62,955 nucleotides of DNA from Syntrophobacterales bacterium (GCA_041310025.1 JBFYYO010000001.1:1-62955), one strand, 5' to 3'. Shown: positions 49,347-59,211, counted from the stretch's first letter. A program made the numbers and translations. The notes: a model not told the origin generated them from the letters alone.

Positions 49347-52300
49347 CCAGAAGAAGAAGCATTGCCATCATTGTGATCAGCGCGGCGCTCCTGGGTTGCC
49401 TGACCATTCTGCTCCTCGCCAACTACCAGTCCCTCTCGCTTCTTCGAAGGTCCACCCTCGACATGATTCAGCATCACGCTGAGAAGCGTGCAGCAGCGTT
49501 GGGTTATTTCTTTTCAGAGCGGAAAGATGATCTCCGGTATCTTTCGGACAACATCGAGCGTTCGGCTTTCTTTGAGAACCAGGCTCTCGGAATGTCCATG
49601 GAGTATGGGCTGTATGAGGGAATCCTGGCCATCGGCGAATCCTTCGAGCGCATTCTGGAGCGAAAGACTCTCGGCGTTCATCATGTCTACTCCCAGATCA
49701 TCTTCGTGGAACCGGACGGGCATCCCCTCGTGGCCAGAGCAGTGGATGCTCCCGACGCTTCGGCCATCCCAGAAGTGATGGCGTCCTTGAATCCGGCGGA
49801 CCCGACCCCTCAAATCCTGGTGCGGCATTTGAACGAGGCGGTTGCTGAGGTGCTCATCGCATTGGCTCACTACCACAAGCGGACCTACCGTGGGCACATC
49901 CTGGCCACGGTATCGATTGAAACCTTGAGCGAGAGGCTCTTCAAGGATTCAGCTTCCTCCGCGGGACAGATCTCCTACATCATCACCGACCAGGGAAAAG
50001 AAATCTGGCACACGCCGCAAAATGGCCGTTCATTGGCCCCTCCCCCCCTTCCGGCACACCAGGACCTGCCTGTGGCGCGGCCGTATGCTTTCTCCCACAC
50101 CAACGCCGAAGGCTCGGTAGAGTGTTACATTGCGCTGAAGGTGTCGATCCCCGGAAGTCCGTTGAGTGTCGTGAATGTTCATCCGGAAGCGCAGGTGCTG
50201 GGCCGGACCGAACCCGCCATGCTGCTCGTGGTCATTGCGGCACTGTCCATTCTCCTCTTTTCGGGAATGTCCTGGATGATCCGTGTCAACACCCGAAATC
50301 AGATCCTCGAAGCGAGACTGGACGAGGATGCCAAAGCGAAGGCGCTCGTCGAGCAGGGCAACAGGGCATTGGCCCGGGAAAATGCCGAGCGGTTGCGCAC
50401 CGAGGCCGCTCTCAGAGAGAGCGAGCGCCGCTACCGTGATTTGACCGACCTCCTGCCGCAGCCCGTCTTCGAGATCAACGCCAAAGGGGTGCTCACTTTC
50501 GCCAATCACGCGGCATTCGTCGCCTTCGGTTACTCCATGGAAGATCTCGAGGACGGTCTCCATGCCCTCCAGTTTGTCGCTCCCGAAGATCGTCTGAAAG
50601 CCAGCGAGAACATCCGTCGCCGATTTGCGGGAGAAGAGCTCCCGAGCTCGGAGTATACGGGCCAGCGCAAGGACGGCAGCCGATTCCCAATCCTCATCTA
50701 TACCTCCCCCATCGTGAAGGATGCAAAGCCGGAGGGGCTTCGTGGAATCATCATCGATGCCACGGAGCAGAAAAGAATCGAACTGGAGAGAGAGGCCACC
50801 ATCGACATTCTCAGGCTCATGAACTCCAACATGAGCATGGAAGAACTGGCTCAGAACCTGATTCAGCAGCTCGCCGCCTCCATTGCCTGCGACACGGTTC
50901 GAATACGAGTCAACTGGGAGAACGCCTGCAACATTTTTCAAGGGCGGGATTTGAGCGACCCCCCTGCCTTCAGGTCGAATCATTCCTGTCATTCCCGTTG
51001 GCAGAAGTCGCCCAACGGCAATGGTGACAATGGAAACGGTGCTCACTGCCTGTGTGACGAGATGCTGCACCGGTACGGTCAGCCCAACGCATCGAATTCC
51101 GCCGTGAATGGGACGCTTTGCCTCACGGGCATCTCGAGCATGCTCAACGAGATTCCCAAAGACGAGCCATGCTGGTCCGAGTGCCCGCATTTCGCGGACC
51201 TGGATTCCTATGAATCCCTGTTGATGGTGTCCCTCAAGTTTGGGCGGAAGAACCTGGGCTCTCTCTACCTGTGCGACAGGCGCCCCGGGTTTTTCACCGG
51301 CGACCAGGTGAATTTCGTGGAGAGAATCGCTGAAAATATTGCCAGTGCTCTGGCTCAGCGATGCGCCGATCAGGAGCGGAACCGGCTGACGTCCGTCGTG
51401 GACCAGGCTACCGAAACCATCATCATCACTGATCCACAGGGGACCATCTGCTATGTGAATCCCGCTTTCGAACGAGTCACAGGATTCCAGAGGGAAGAGG
51501 TGCTGAACCGAAACGCCAGGATTCTCAAGAGCGGCATACACGACCCCCGGTTTTACGGCGACATCAGGAAGACCCTCGAGCGGGGGGAAACCTGGTCCGG
51601 CCGGCTCATCAATCGACGGAAGGACGGGACGCTTTTTGAAGAGGAAGGCACCATTTCACCGGTTCGCGACGAATCCGGAAAGATCATCAACTTTGTGGCC
51701 GTGAAACGGGACGTGACGCAGGAAGTCACCCTTGAAAAACAACTGCGGCAGGCCCAGAAGATGGAAGCCCTGGGAACCCTCGCCGGGGGAATCGCCCATG
51801 ATTTCAACAACATTCTCGCAGCAATCCTGGGCTATGCCGAACTGAGCATGGGAAAGCAGTCTCTGGACGCCAGGCTTCAGAACAATCTGGAGCAGGTGGT
51901 CAAGGCCGGCAAGCGAGCAAGGGACCTCGTTCAGCAGATCCTCGCCTTCAGCCGCCAGTCCGAGCAGGAGCGGAAGCCCGTGCAGCTTGGGTCCGTGATC
52001 CAGGAAGTCCTCACGCTCTTGAGGGCCTCGCTCCCCACGACCATCGACATCCGCTTCAAAGGGGACCCTCACAACGGCCTGGTCATGGCCGATCCCACGC
52101 AGATCCATCAGCTCCTCATGAATCTTTGCTCCAATGCCGCCTATGCCATGAACGAAAAAGGCGGATCACTCCACGTGGAGCTTTCCACCAACCGGGTCGG
52201 ACCTCATGGTTTTCGCATGAACGGTGAGTTGAGCCCGGGCTCATACCTGCGCCTGACCGTGAGGGACACGGGGCATGGCATCCCACCGGCACTTCTGGAC

Positions 52301-52927
52301 CGGATCTTCGACCCGTACTTCACGACCAAGGAAAAGGGCACCGGTACGGGGCTGGGACTGGCCGTGGTGCACGGCATCGTCAAGAGCCATGATGGGGCCA
52401 TTGCCGTGGAAAGTGAGCCCGGCAAAGGCACCAGCTTCCACGTATTTCTACCGATGATCGAAGCCTGCTCAAGCTCTGCGAGGGACGCGGAAGATGTGCC
52501 TCTTGGCGGCTCCGAGCGGATCCTTCTGGTTGACGACGAGGACACCCTCGTGGAGCTCGGCTCCATGATGCTCGAAGGAATGGGCTACAAGGTCCATGGG
52601 CAAACCAGCAGCGTGGAGGCTCTGGATCTCTTCAAGCAGGAGCCCGACGGATTCGATCTGGTGATCACGGACCTGACCATGCCTCAGATGACGGGGCTCG
52701 AACTGGCCCGGGAGCTTTTGAGCATTCGCCCGAACCTGCCCATCATCCTCTGCACCGGTTACAGCGAGAACCTCATGCCGCAGCGCACGCGCGCCATGGG
52801 CGTCCGCGAGCTCATGACCAAGCCCTTCCTGGTCCGCGACCTGGCCAGGACCATCAGGAATGCCCTGGACGGCCCTCGTCCTGATGGGATGAGTGAAGAC
52901 AGCCAGTCTCCAGGAACTTCGGTCTAG
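49325..52927 (+). CDS. Hybrid sensor histidine kinase (periplasmic sensor, PAS, GAF, PAS, HisKA, HATPase_c, REC)
   Basis: Two TM segments flank a sensor domain of about 270 aa. H-box GGIAHDFNNIL, G-boxes DTGHGI and GTGLGLA, and a receiver domain with DLVITDLTMPQMTG. Confidence 0.9.
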   Translation: MSSPRGMTRRRSIAIIVISAALLGCLTILLLANYQSLSLLRRSTLDMIQHHAEKRAAALGYFFSERKDDLRYLSDNIERSAFFENQALGMSMEYGLYEGILAIGESFERILERKTLGVHHVYSQIIFVEPDGHPLVARAVDAPDASAIPEVMASLNPADPTPQILVRHLNEAVAEVLIALAHYHKRTYRGHILATVSIETLSERLFKDSASSAGQISYIITDQGKEIWHTPQNGRSLAPPPLPAHQDLPVARPYAFSHTNAEGSVECYIALKVSIPGSPLSVVNVHPEAQVLGRTEPAMLLVVIAALSILLFSGMSWMIRVNTRNQILEARLDEDAKAKALVEQGNRALARENAERLRTEAALRESERRYRDLTDLLPQPVFEINAKGVLTFANHAAFVAFGYSMEDLEDGLHALQFVAPEDRLKASENIRRRFAGEELPSSEYTGQRKDGSRFPILIYTSPIVKDAKPEGLRGIIIDATEQKRIELEREATIDILRLMNSNMSMEELAQNLIQQLAASIACDTVRIRVNWENACNIFQGRDLSDPPAFRSNHSCHSRWQKSPNGNGDNGNGAHCLCDEMLHRYGQPNASNSAVNGTLCLTGISSMLNEIPKDEPCWSECPHFADLDSYESLLMVSLKFGRKNLGSLYLCDRRPGFFTGDQVNFVERIAENIASALAQRCADQERNRLTSVVDQATETIIITDPQGTICYVNPAFERVTGFQREEVLNRNARILKSGIHDPRFYGDIRKTLERGETWSGRLINRRKDGTLFEEEGTISPVRDESGKIINFVAVKRDVTQEVTLEKQLRQAQKMEALGTLAGGIAHDFNNILAAILGYAELSMGKQSLDARLQNNLEQVVKAGKRARDLVQQILAFSRQSEQERKPVQLGSVIQEVLTLLRASLPTTIDIRFKGDPHNGLVMADPTQIHQLLMNLCSNAAYAMNEKGGSLHVELSTNRVGPHGFRMNGELSPGSYLRLTVRDTGHGIPPALLDRIFDPYFTTKEKGTGTGLGLAVVHGIVKSHDGAIAVESEPGKGTSFHVFLPMIEACSSSARDAEDVPLGGSERILLVDDEDTLVELGSMMLEGMGYKVHGQTSSVEALDLFKQEPDGFDLVITDLTMPQMTGLELARELLSIRPNLPIILCTGYSENLMPQRTRAMGVRELMTKPFLVRDLARTIRNALDGPRPDGMSEDSQSPGTSV

Positions 52928-53019
52928 AAGCTTTACTCGGCCGACTCTTCAGCCGGAACGTTGGACGCGGCCTTGAGGAGCCGGTTTTGTAGGGAATGGT
53001 CGTGCCCGTCGACTGCTCA

Positions 53020-54018
53020 TCACTCCCACCATCGCAACAGAATGCTTCCCCAGGTGAACCCCGCTCCGAAAGCAGCCATCACCACATAATCACCCGCCTT
53101 GAGCTTCCGCTCCTCCACGGTGACCTCGTAGAGGCACAGGGGAATGGTTCCTGCCGTCGTGTTGGCGTAGCGGTCGATGTTGATGACGACACGGCTCATA
53201 TCGATTCCCATCCGGTTGGCTGCGGCCTCGATGATCCGGAGGTTGGCCTGATGGGGGATGAAGAGCCTGATGTCCTCTCCTTTCAGGCCATTCCTTTCCA
53301 TGATCTTCACGGACACATTGGCCATCTCGGTCACGGCAAACTTGAAAACCTGACGACCCTCCTGGTACGCATAATGCCATCGGTTCTGCACGGTCTCAAC
53401 CGTTGCGGGCCGCAGGCTCCCGCCAGCCTTCATATGTAGAAAATCGCCTCCCGCACCGTTGACATGCTGTACGAAATCGAGAATACCGTATTGCGGATCC
53501 GGACAGGGTTCGAGCAGCACGGCTCCCGCACCGTCTCCAAACAGAACACAGGTGTTCCGGTCCTGATAGTCGACGATGGTGCTCATCACATCGCTGCCGA
53601 TGACGAGCACCTTCTGATAGCGGCCCGCCTCGATCATCTGAGCCCCGGTAGAGAGCGAGAAGACGAAACCCGAGCATCCAGCCGATAGATCGAACCCCCA
53701 GGCATGGGTGGCGCCCAACTCCTTCTGGACCAGGCACGCCGTCGACGGGAAAAACATGTCGGGAGTGACGGTTCCGACGATGATGGCATCCACCTCCTCG
53801 GCGGCAACCCCGGCTCTTTCCAGGCACTCCCTGGCTGCTCTGACGGCCATGTACGAATTACCCAATCCAGGATCCAGGATACGCCGTTCGCGGATGCCGG
53901 TGCGAGTCAAAATCCACTCGTCGTTGGTATCCACCATCTTCGCGAGATCCTGATTGGTCAAGCGTCTTTCCGGCACGTAACGCCCCACCGAGCGGATGTA
54001 AGCAGTTCGATCTGGCAT
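53020..54018 (-). CDS. fabH: 3-oxoacyl-ACP synthase III (KAS III)
   Basis: The canonical Cys-His-Asn triad contexts are present: SAGCSGF, PHQANLRII and YANTTAGTIP. Confidence 0.9.
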   Translation of the reverse strand: MPDRTAYIRSVGRYVPERRLTNQDLAKMVDTNDEWILTRTGIRERRILDPGLGNSYMAVRAARECLERAGVAAEEVDAIIVGTVTPDMFFPSTACLVQKELGATHAWGFDLSAGCSGFVFSLSTGAQMIEAGRYQKVLVIGSDVMSTIVDYQDRNTCVLFGDGAGAVLLEPCPDPQYGILDFVQHVNGAGGDFLHMKAGGSLRPATVETVQNRWHYAYQEGRQVFKFAVTEMANVSVKIMERNGLKGEDIRLFIPHQANLRIIEAAANRMGIDMSRVVINIDRYANTTAGTIPLCLYEVTVEERKLKAGDYVVMAAFGAGFTWGSILLRWWE

Positions 54019-54048
54019 GGTGTCTCTCCCCCCTGCCCTTGCAGGCCC

Positions 54049-54840
54049 CTACATGATGCCCTTATAATAACCTCCATCGATTTGAATGGAGGCTCCAGTG
54101 ATGTAACTGGCTCGCTCCGAGGCCAGGAAAGTGACCAGGGATGCAAATTCCTCGGGGGTTCCAAGCCGTCCCATGGGCACGGAGGATTCCCAGCGTTTGA
54201 TGATGGCCTCCGGGGTCGTTCCCTCCTTCTCGGCGGTCACAACGGCCAAGGAGCGCACCCTCTCGGTCATGGTGTAGCCGGGGCAGACGTTATTGACCGT
54301 GATGCTGTAGGGAGCCAGTTCGTTGGATAGCGTCTTGGCCATTCCAATGACGCCCGAGCGCACCGTATTGGAGAGAATGAGGCCATCGATGGGCTGTTTC
54401 ACTGAAATGGACGTCATGTTGACGATCCGCCCCCAACGTTTCTCGATCATCTTGGGGACCGCTTCGCGCGTCATGATGATGGTGCTCATGAGATTCAGAC
54501 GCACACCAAACAGCCAGAGATCGTCATCGATTTCGAGAAATGTTTTGGAGGGAGGCCCTCCCGCATTGTTCACCAGGATGTCCAAGGTACCGAAGTGCTC
54601 GATGCCCTTTCGAACGAAATCCTTCGCCTGCGCCGCGTCGGTGAGGTCAGCGGGAATCCCGATGACCTCCGCTCCCGTCGAAGCCTTGATCTCCTCGACA
54701 GCCTTTGGCAGCTCAGGATCATCCAGGGCGCAAATGGCAATCCTGCAGCCCTCTCTTCCCATTTCCATGGCCACAGCCTTGCCCAGCCCCTGGCTCCCAC
54801 CGGCAATCAACGCCACCCTTCCCTTCAGTCCCAAATCCAT
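54049..54840 (-). CDS. Atypical short-chain dehydrogenase/reductase (FabG-like fold; Tyr/Lys of the catalytic tetrad replaced)
   Basis: Cofactor motifs AGGSQGLG and NNAGG are present. Where FabG has NYAAAKAGLIG, this protein has LSNTVRSGVIG. Confidence 0.85.
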   Translation of the reverse strand: MDLGLKGRVALIAGGSQGLGKAVAMEMGREGCRIAICALDDPELPKAVEEIKASTGAEVIGIPADLTDAAQAKDFVRKGIEHFGTLDILVNNAGGPPSKTFLEIDDDLWLFGVRLNLMSTIIMTREAVPKMIEKRWGRIVNMTSISVKQPIDGLILSNTVRSGVIGMAKTLSNELAPYSITVNNVCPGYTMTERVRSLAVVTAEKEGTTPEAIIKRWESSVPMGRLGTPEEFASLVTFLASERASYITGASIQIDGGYYKGIM

Positions 54841-54918
54841 GTATTCATCCTCCTCTGAGTTAACAGCCGGCGCATGGTCCGCGATTCGTTACACTGCCGC
54901 GGCCTTATGCGTCCATTC

Positions 54919-55641
54919 TCAAGGCCCGTAAAGCCGTTTCATGGCCGCCGAATACTCTCCCGCCCCCTCGTAGATAAAGAAGGGCGGGGAGATATGAAGC
55001 TCCTCACCCCCTCGCTTGGTGCATTGGACATAGACCAGTCTTGCTGAGCTCGCGGGGTCCGAGTGGATCACCGTCAGCTCCTTGGGACAGAAACCCGCTT
55101 CGTGCGCTGCAGCCAAAAGGCTTCCAAGGCGCGGCGCCGGATAGATCAGCCCCAATCGACCACCATCTCCCAGCAGATGGTCCGCGGCCTTGAACACATC
55201 GGTCAGTGTGGCGACCAGTTCATGCCTGGCGATCGCCCGCTGTTTGTCGGGATTCACCCTCCCTGTACTGAGGCGCCTGTAGGGAGGGTTGCTGACCACC
55301 ATGTCGCAGCAGCGGGGCGGGAGCAGCTCGGAGACAGCCCGAAAATCCGCGTTCAGGAACCGGGCTCGTTCGTCGAGACCGTTCTCCAGAGCGTTCCTTT
55401 GCGCGAGCGAGAAGAGCTCGGGCTGGATTTCAATTCCCAGCAGCGACTCACCCAACCCACGGAAAGCGAGGATCAGGAGCACCACGCCGCAGCCGGTCCC
55501 CAGCTCGACGATTCGATCGCCGGGCCTCACCCGCGCCAATCCGGCCAGCAGAACGGCATCGATGGAGAATCGATAACCCTTCCGCTCCTGGTAAATCAGC
55601 AGCTTGCCCGAAAAAAGGGAATCACGAGTGAGCAACTGCAT
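54919..55641 (-). CDS. SAM-dependent N6-adenine methyltransferase (TrmN6/YfiC-like)
   Basis: SAM motif VELGTGCG and catalytic VVSNPPYRR. Its start overlaps the DUF1015 gene end by 20 nt. Confidence 0.8.
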   Translation of the reverse strand: MQLLTRDSLFSGKLLIYQERKGYRFSIDAVLLAGLARVRPGDRIVELGTGCGVVLLILAFRGLGESLLGIEIQPELFSLAQRNALENGLDERARFLNADFRAVSELLPPRCCDMVVSNPPYRRLSTGRVNPDKQRAIARHELVATLTDVFKAADHLLGDGGRLGLIYPAPRLGSLLAAAHEAGFCPKELTVIHSDPASSARLVYVQCTKRGGEELHISPPFFIYEGAGEYSAAMKRLYGP

Positions 55642-56980
55642 CTACCCGTTCGTGGGGCAGGATGGGATGGATAACCAAGCCGCTTCCAACCTTCGGATAA
55701 AAATACGTCGACTTGTGGGGCATGATCAGCCCGGCACTGGCCACTTCCTGGACCTGCCCGATGCGTGTGGGATTGATGAAGAAGCCGGCGTCGTAAAGGC
55801 CTGAACGCACGTCATTCACAGCCTCTTCCAGATTGTGCTTGAAGTGGATGTTATCCGAGTCGGCCAGGAAGCTGTCCGGCAGAGCGAGCAATTCCTTGAG
55901 GAGCACCTGATCGAGCACCACCACATCCAGGCCGTGGAGCACGGGAGGAATGGAGCATCCCTCCAGGAACCTCACAACCGCCTCCGACCTGCCCTTGAGA
56001 AGATAGCAGGATTTGCCGCCATGGCTCTTGAAACCCACGACCGTCTGCTTCCTGGGCCTGGCGGCATCAAGTGCCCCGGCCCACTGGGCTCGGCCGACCT
56101 CTGAAGCGTCGAATTCCTCGACATCAAAAAAAGCACTCGCCGACTGGAGGAAAGCATCGGGGGACCACGAAGGCAGGTGACGGAGCAGCCGATGGGTCGG
56201 CAGGATCGTGAGGCCGCCCTGATTGAGGTTGGACAGATAGACCATGATGTATTCAAAGGGTGCATCATCGCCGGCGTCCGGATGACGCTCCCGCTGAAGC
56301 GCCCGATAATTGAGCGCCGTCTCGTAGCGGTGGTGTCCGTCTGCGATGAAGATGGCCTTGTCGCGCATCAAGGTTCGAACGGTCTGGAAAGCTTGTCGGT
56401 CCGACACCCTCCAGATCCTGTGATCCATCCCCTCCCGATCTCGAAATTCCATGATGGGCTCGGCCTCACGCGTCACCTTCAGACTGTGATCCACCAACTC
56501 ATCCGGATCGGAATAAAGGGCAAATACGGGACTCAGATTGGCGTGGCAGGTGAGCATCAACCTCAGCCGCTCGTCCTTCACCGCCTGAAATGTCCTTTCG
56601 TGAGGCCGGACCCCCCCCGACTCAAACCCTTCCAGCCGCAGGAGGCACAGAAACCCGCAGCGGGTGACCTTAAGCCCACCCGCCAACGAGTAGTCCAGCT
56701 CATAATAGTAGAGGGCCGGTCTGTCCTCGCGTATGAGCACGCCGGAGCCCTGCCATTCGCGAAGGTAACCTGCCGCCCGCGTATGGGGGCTGACTGTCTC
56801 GGTGTCCCCGGGTGCAGCCTTGCCGAGCTCCAGGCGAATCATGTTGTACGGATTGCATCCATAGAAAATTTCCTGCTCTCGAGGCGAAATCACGTCGTAG
56901 GGCGGGATGACAACCTGGCTCAGATTGGGAATGCGTTCGGGGTTATACCGCAACCCTTGAAAAGGCGCGATTTCCGCCAT
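55622..56980 (-). CDS. DUF1015-family protein
   Basis: The N-terminus MAEIAPFQGLRYNPE...VIPPYDVIS and the 452-aa length match my memory of DUF1015. No function is known for this family. Confidence 0.75.
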   Translation of the reverse strand: MAEIAPFQGLRYNPERIPNLSQVVIPPYDVISPREQEIFYGCNPYNMIRLELGKAAPGDTETVSPHTRAAGYLREWQGSGVLIREDRPALYYYELDYSLAGGLKVTRCGFLCLLRLEGFESGGVRPHERTFQAVKDERLRLMLTCHANLSPVFALYSDPDELVDHSLKVTREAEPIMEFRDREGMDHRIWRVSDRQAFQTVRTLMRDKAIFIADGHHRYETALNYRALQRERHPDAGDDAPFEYIMVYLSNLNQGGLTILPTHRLLRHLPSWSPDAFLQSASAFFDVEEFDASEVGRAQWAGALDAARPRKQTVVGFKSHGGKSCYLLKGRSEAVVRFLEGCSIPPVLHGLDVVVLDQVLLKELLALPDSFLADSDNIHFKHNLEEAVNDVRSGLYDAGFFINPTRIGQVQEVASAGLIMPHKSTYFYPKVGSGLVIHPILPHERVDAVAHS

Positions 56981-57161
56981 GGCGGCCTGTTCCTTTCTTC
57001 CGGTTTCGATGAGAGAATCGATGGCTTAAGTGTTTGGGCGCAATCACATTTTCGCGTCAGCCTCAGAGAACCCCTTGCTAGCATAGCTCAGGCCCTTTTT
57101 CAAGCTGCACCCTCACCCGCGGGGACGCCCGTGCTCCTTCATACCGGGCGGCTCCCGGCAA

Positions 57162-57893
57162 TCAGCAAACGGTGGGTGAGCAACGAGCCGAACACCGGGT
57201 GAACCCCAGCTTCGCCTGACTCAGGAACGCCCTTACCTTGTCGCCATCCTTGCTGCCATCCGGTCGCTCCAATCCCGTGTGCGCATCCACTCCGGAAGGC
57301 TCAACCGAGAGAATTGCATCGAGCACGTTCTCCGGCGTGAGCCCACCGGCAAGAATCAGAGGTCTTGAGGTGCTCTCGGCAAGTCTGCGACTGACACCCC
57401 AGTCATGAGTCCGGCCGGTGGCGCCGGAGGCGCCCGTCGCAGGGTCGAAAGTGTCGGTGATGTAGGCATCCACCAATCTGTCCAGTCTTTTCATCTCCTC
57501 CTGCAATTCTGAGAGGTTGTTCGTCCGTACAATGAGGCTTTTGATGATGGACAGCCGGGGTATGCACGTCCGCAGCGCCACCACGGCTTCAGGACTCACC
57601 CGCCCGTGGAGTTGAACGGTCCGCAAACCTGTTTGCTGCACCAATGCGGCAAGCTCTTCAGGTCGAACCAGATAGGTGATGATGACTCCCCTCCACTCCA
57701 GGCCCAGAAGCCTCACGATCCGCGCCACCTCCTCCACGGGAATATCCTCCTGATGAAAGTCCAGCTTCAGCGGAAACCCCAGAAGGTGAACCCCCGCCTC
57801 CAGAAGCATTCGCGCCTCGTGCAGATCGCGTATGCCGGCCACCTGAACCACGCCCCTCCAGGACCAGATTCTGCTCATCCAACCCTCCATCAT
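57162..57893 (-). CDS. Phosphoribosylanthranilate isomerase-like TIM-barrel protein (TrpF family, atypical)
   Basis: Aligns along its length with T. maritima TrpF (GFPL.., VQLHG, GATGRTHDW, LAGGLTPENV, SGVDAHTGLE). The KICGIT motif is replaced by VQVAGIR. Confidence 0.75.
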   Translation of the reverse strand: MMEGWMSRIWSWRGVVQVAGIRDLHEARMLLEAGVHLLGFPLKLDFHQEDIPVEEVARIVRLLGLEWRGVIITYLVRPEELAALVQQTGLRTVQLHGRVSPEAVVALRTCIPRLSIIKSLIVRTNNLSELQEEMKRLDRLVDAYITDTFDPATGASGATGRTHDWGVSRRLAESTSRPLILAGGLTPENVLDAILSVEPSGVDAHTGLERPDGSKDGDKVRAFLSQAKLGFTRCSARCSPTVC

Positions 57894-57945
57894 CCATGGG
57901 GTGCGGCCCAGCAGGCCGACGACATCACCATTCTGAGCTTCCGGC

Positions 57946-59211
57946 TCAACGGCTCCGGGGTGAACTGAAGATCACTTGAAGAACATCATCGATTTTCAAC
58001 AGATCGCTCCCGATCTGCTCTATTTCCGGTTTCCCCAATGTGCCGGCCTGCCGACTGGCCTCAAAACGTTCCAGGTTCCGAAAGAGCGAATCGATGGCGG
58101 ATCGGGCATCGAGGTCATCGTTCATGTGACGTTTGAAATCCTCGACCAGCGGACCTCCGGCATCTCCTCGCGCCCCCCCTGTACCGTCGCCGGCTGCCTC
58201 CCTCCGCGGGAAAGGCTTCACCAGACGGCGCAGTTCATCAAGCCTCGCAGCCGCCTTCTCAAAACGCGCCGGGATTAGGTTCATCCTTTTTCGGTGGTGG
58301 CCGTACAGTAGATAGAACCGAACATGATCTTCCGTACGGTCACCGGAGACCAGGTCCTCCACGTATACGACATTGCCCAGACTTTTCGACATCTTCCTCC
58401 CTCCCGACAGAAGATGCTCTCCGTGCACCCAGTAACGGGCAAAATCGACTCCCGACGCCGATTCGACGACGGCGAGATTATAGTCGTGATGACGATACAG
58501 ATTGTCGATGCCGCCGCAACAGATGTCGACGGAATACCCCAGGTGCTTGGTGATCATGGCAGGGTCCTGGATATTCCAGGCAGGCCTCCCCCTGCCGATT
58601 TCAGCATCCCAGCTCGGGCCGCCCCCCTCATCCTGCCCATGCCAGAGGATGAAGTCCCCCAGATTCCATCTCCTGCCGGAGTAGGTGTCACGCTTGAACC
58701 GCCGCTTTTTCTTCGGCCAACGGCTCATGTCGAGTCCGAACAGCCTGCCGAATCCATCGTATTTCAGGGGATCGAAGAAGATGTCTCCCCGGTGCCGGTA
58801 GGCGTATCCTTTCTCCATGAGCACCTTGATCAGCTTCACGGCCTGATCCACGGAAGTCGAGGACCTGGGAATGGTTTCCGGCAGATCGATACGCAACAGG
58901 CGACACTCCTCAAAGAAGCGGTCGACCACTTCGCCGGTGAGCTGCCCCACATTCACCGCATTGCGCTCTGCCTCGGCGATGGCTTTGTCTTCAATGTCGG
59001 TGAGGTTGATCACGCGCTCCACGCGGTACCCCAGATACCGGAGGTATCGCTGCAGCAAATCCTCCCACGCGAATGTCCGGTAGTTGCCGACATGAGGTCT
59101 CCGGTAGACGGAGGGGCCACACGTGAACATCTTGACGTGCCCCTCTTTTCGTGACCTGAACGTTTCTTTGCTCCGAGACATGGTATTGTAGAGTCTGAGC
59201 TCTTGCTTCAT
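57946..59211 (-). CDS. Cysteinyl-tRNA synthetase-like class I ligase (divergent, short)
   Basis: ORF trimmed to the ATG at 59211, which follows GAGGAGAAGG. Shows LYNTMSRSKETF, CGPSVY..PHVGN (HIGH-like), NLTDIEDK and KMSKSLGN. It is 421 aa, against about 460 aa for E. coli CysRS. Confidence 0.8.
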   Translation of the reverse strand: MKQELRLYNTMSRSKETFRSRKEGHVKMFTCGPSVYRRPHVGNYRTFAWEDLLQRYLRYLGYRVERVINLTDIEDKAIAEAERNAVNVGQLTGEVVDRFFEECRLLRIDLPETIPRSSTSVDQAVKLIKVLMEKGYAYRHRGDIFFDPLKYDGFGRLFGLDMSRWPKKKRRFKRDTYSGRRWNLGDFILWHGQDEGGGPSWDAEIGRGRPAWNIQDPAMITKHLGYSVDICCGGIDNLYRHHDYNLAVVESASGVDFARYWVHGEHLLSGGRKMSKSLGNVVYVEDLVSGDRTEDHVRFYLLYGHHRKRMNLIPARFEKAAARLDELRRLVKPFPRREAAGDGTGGARGDAGGPLVEDFKRHMNDDLDARSAIDSLFRNLERFEASRQAGTLGKPEIEQIGSDLLKIDDVLQVIFSSPRSR

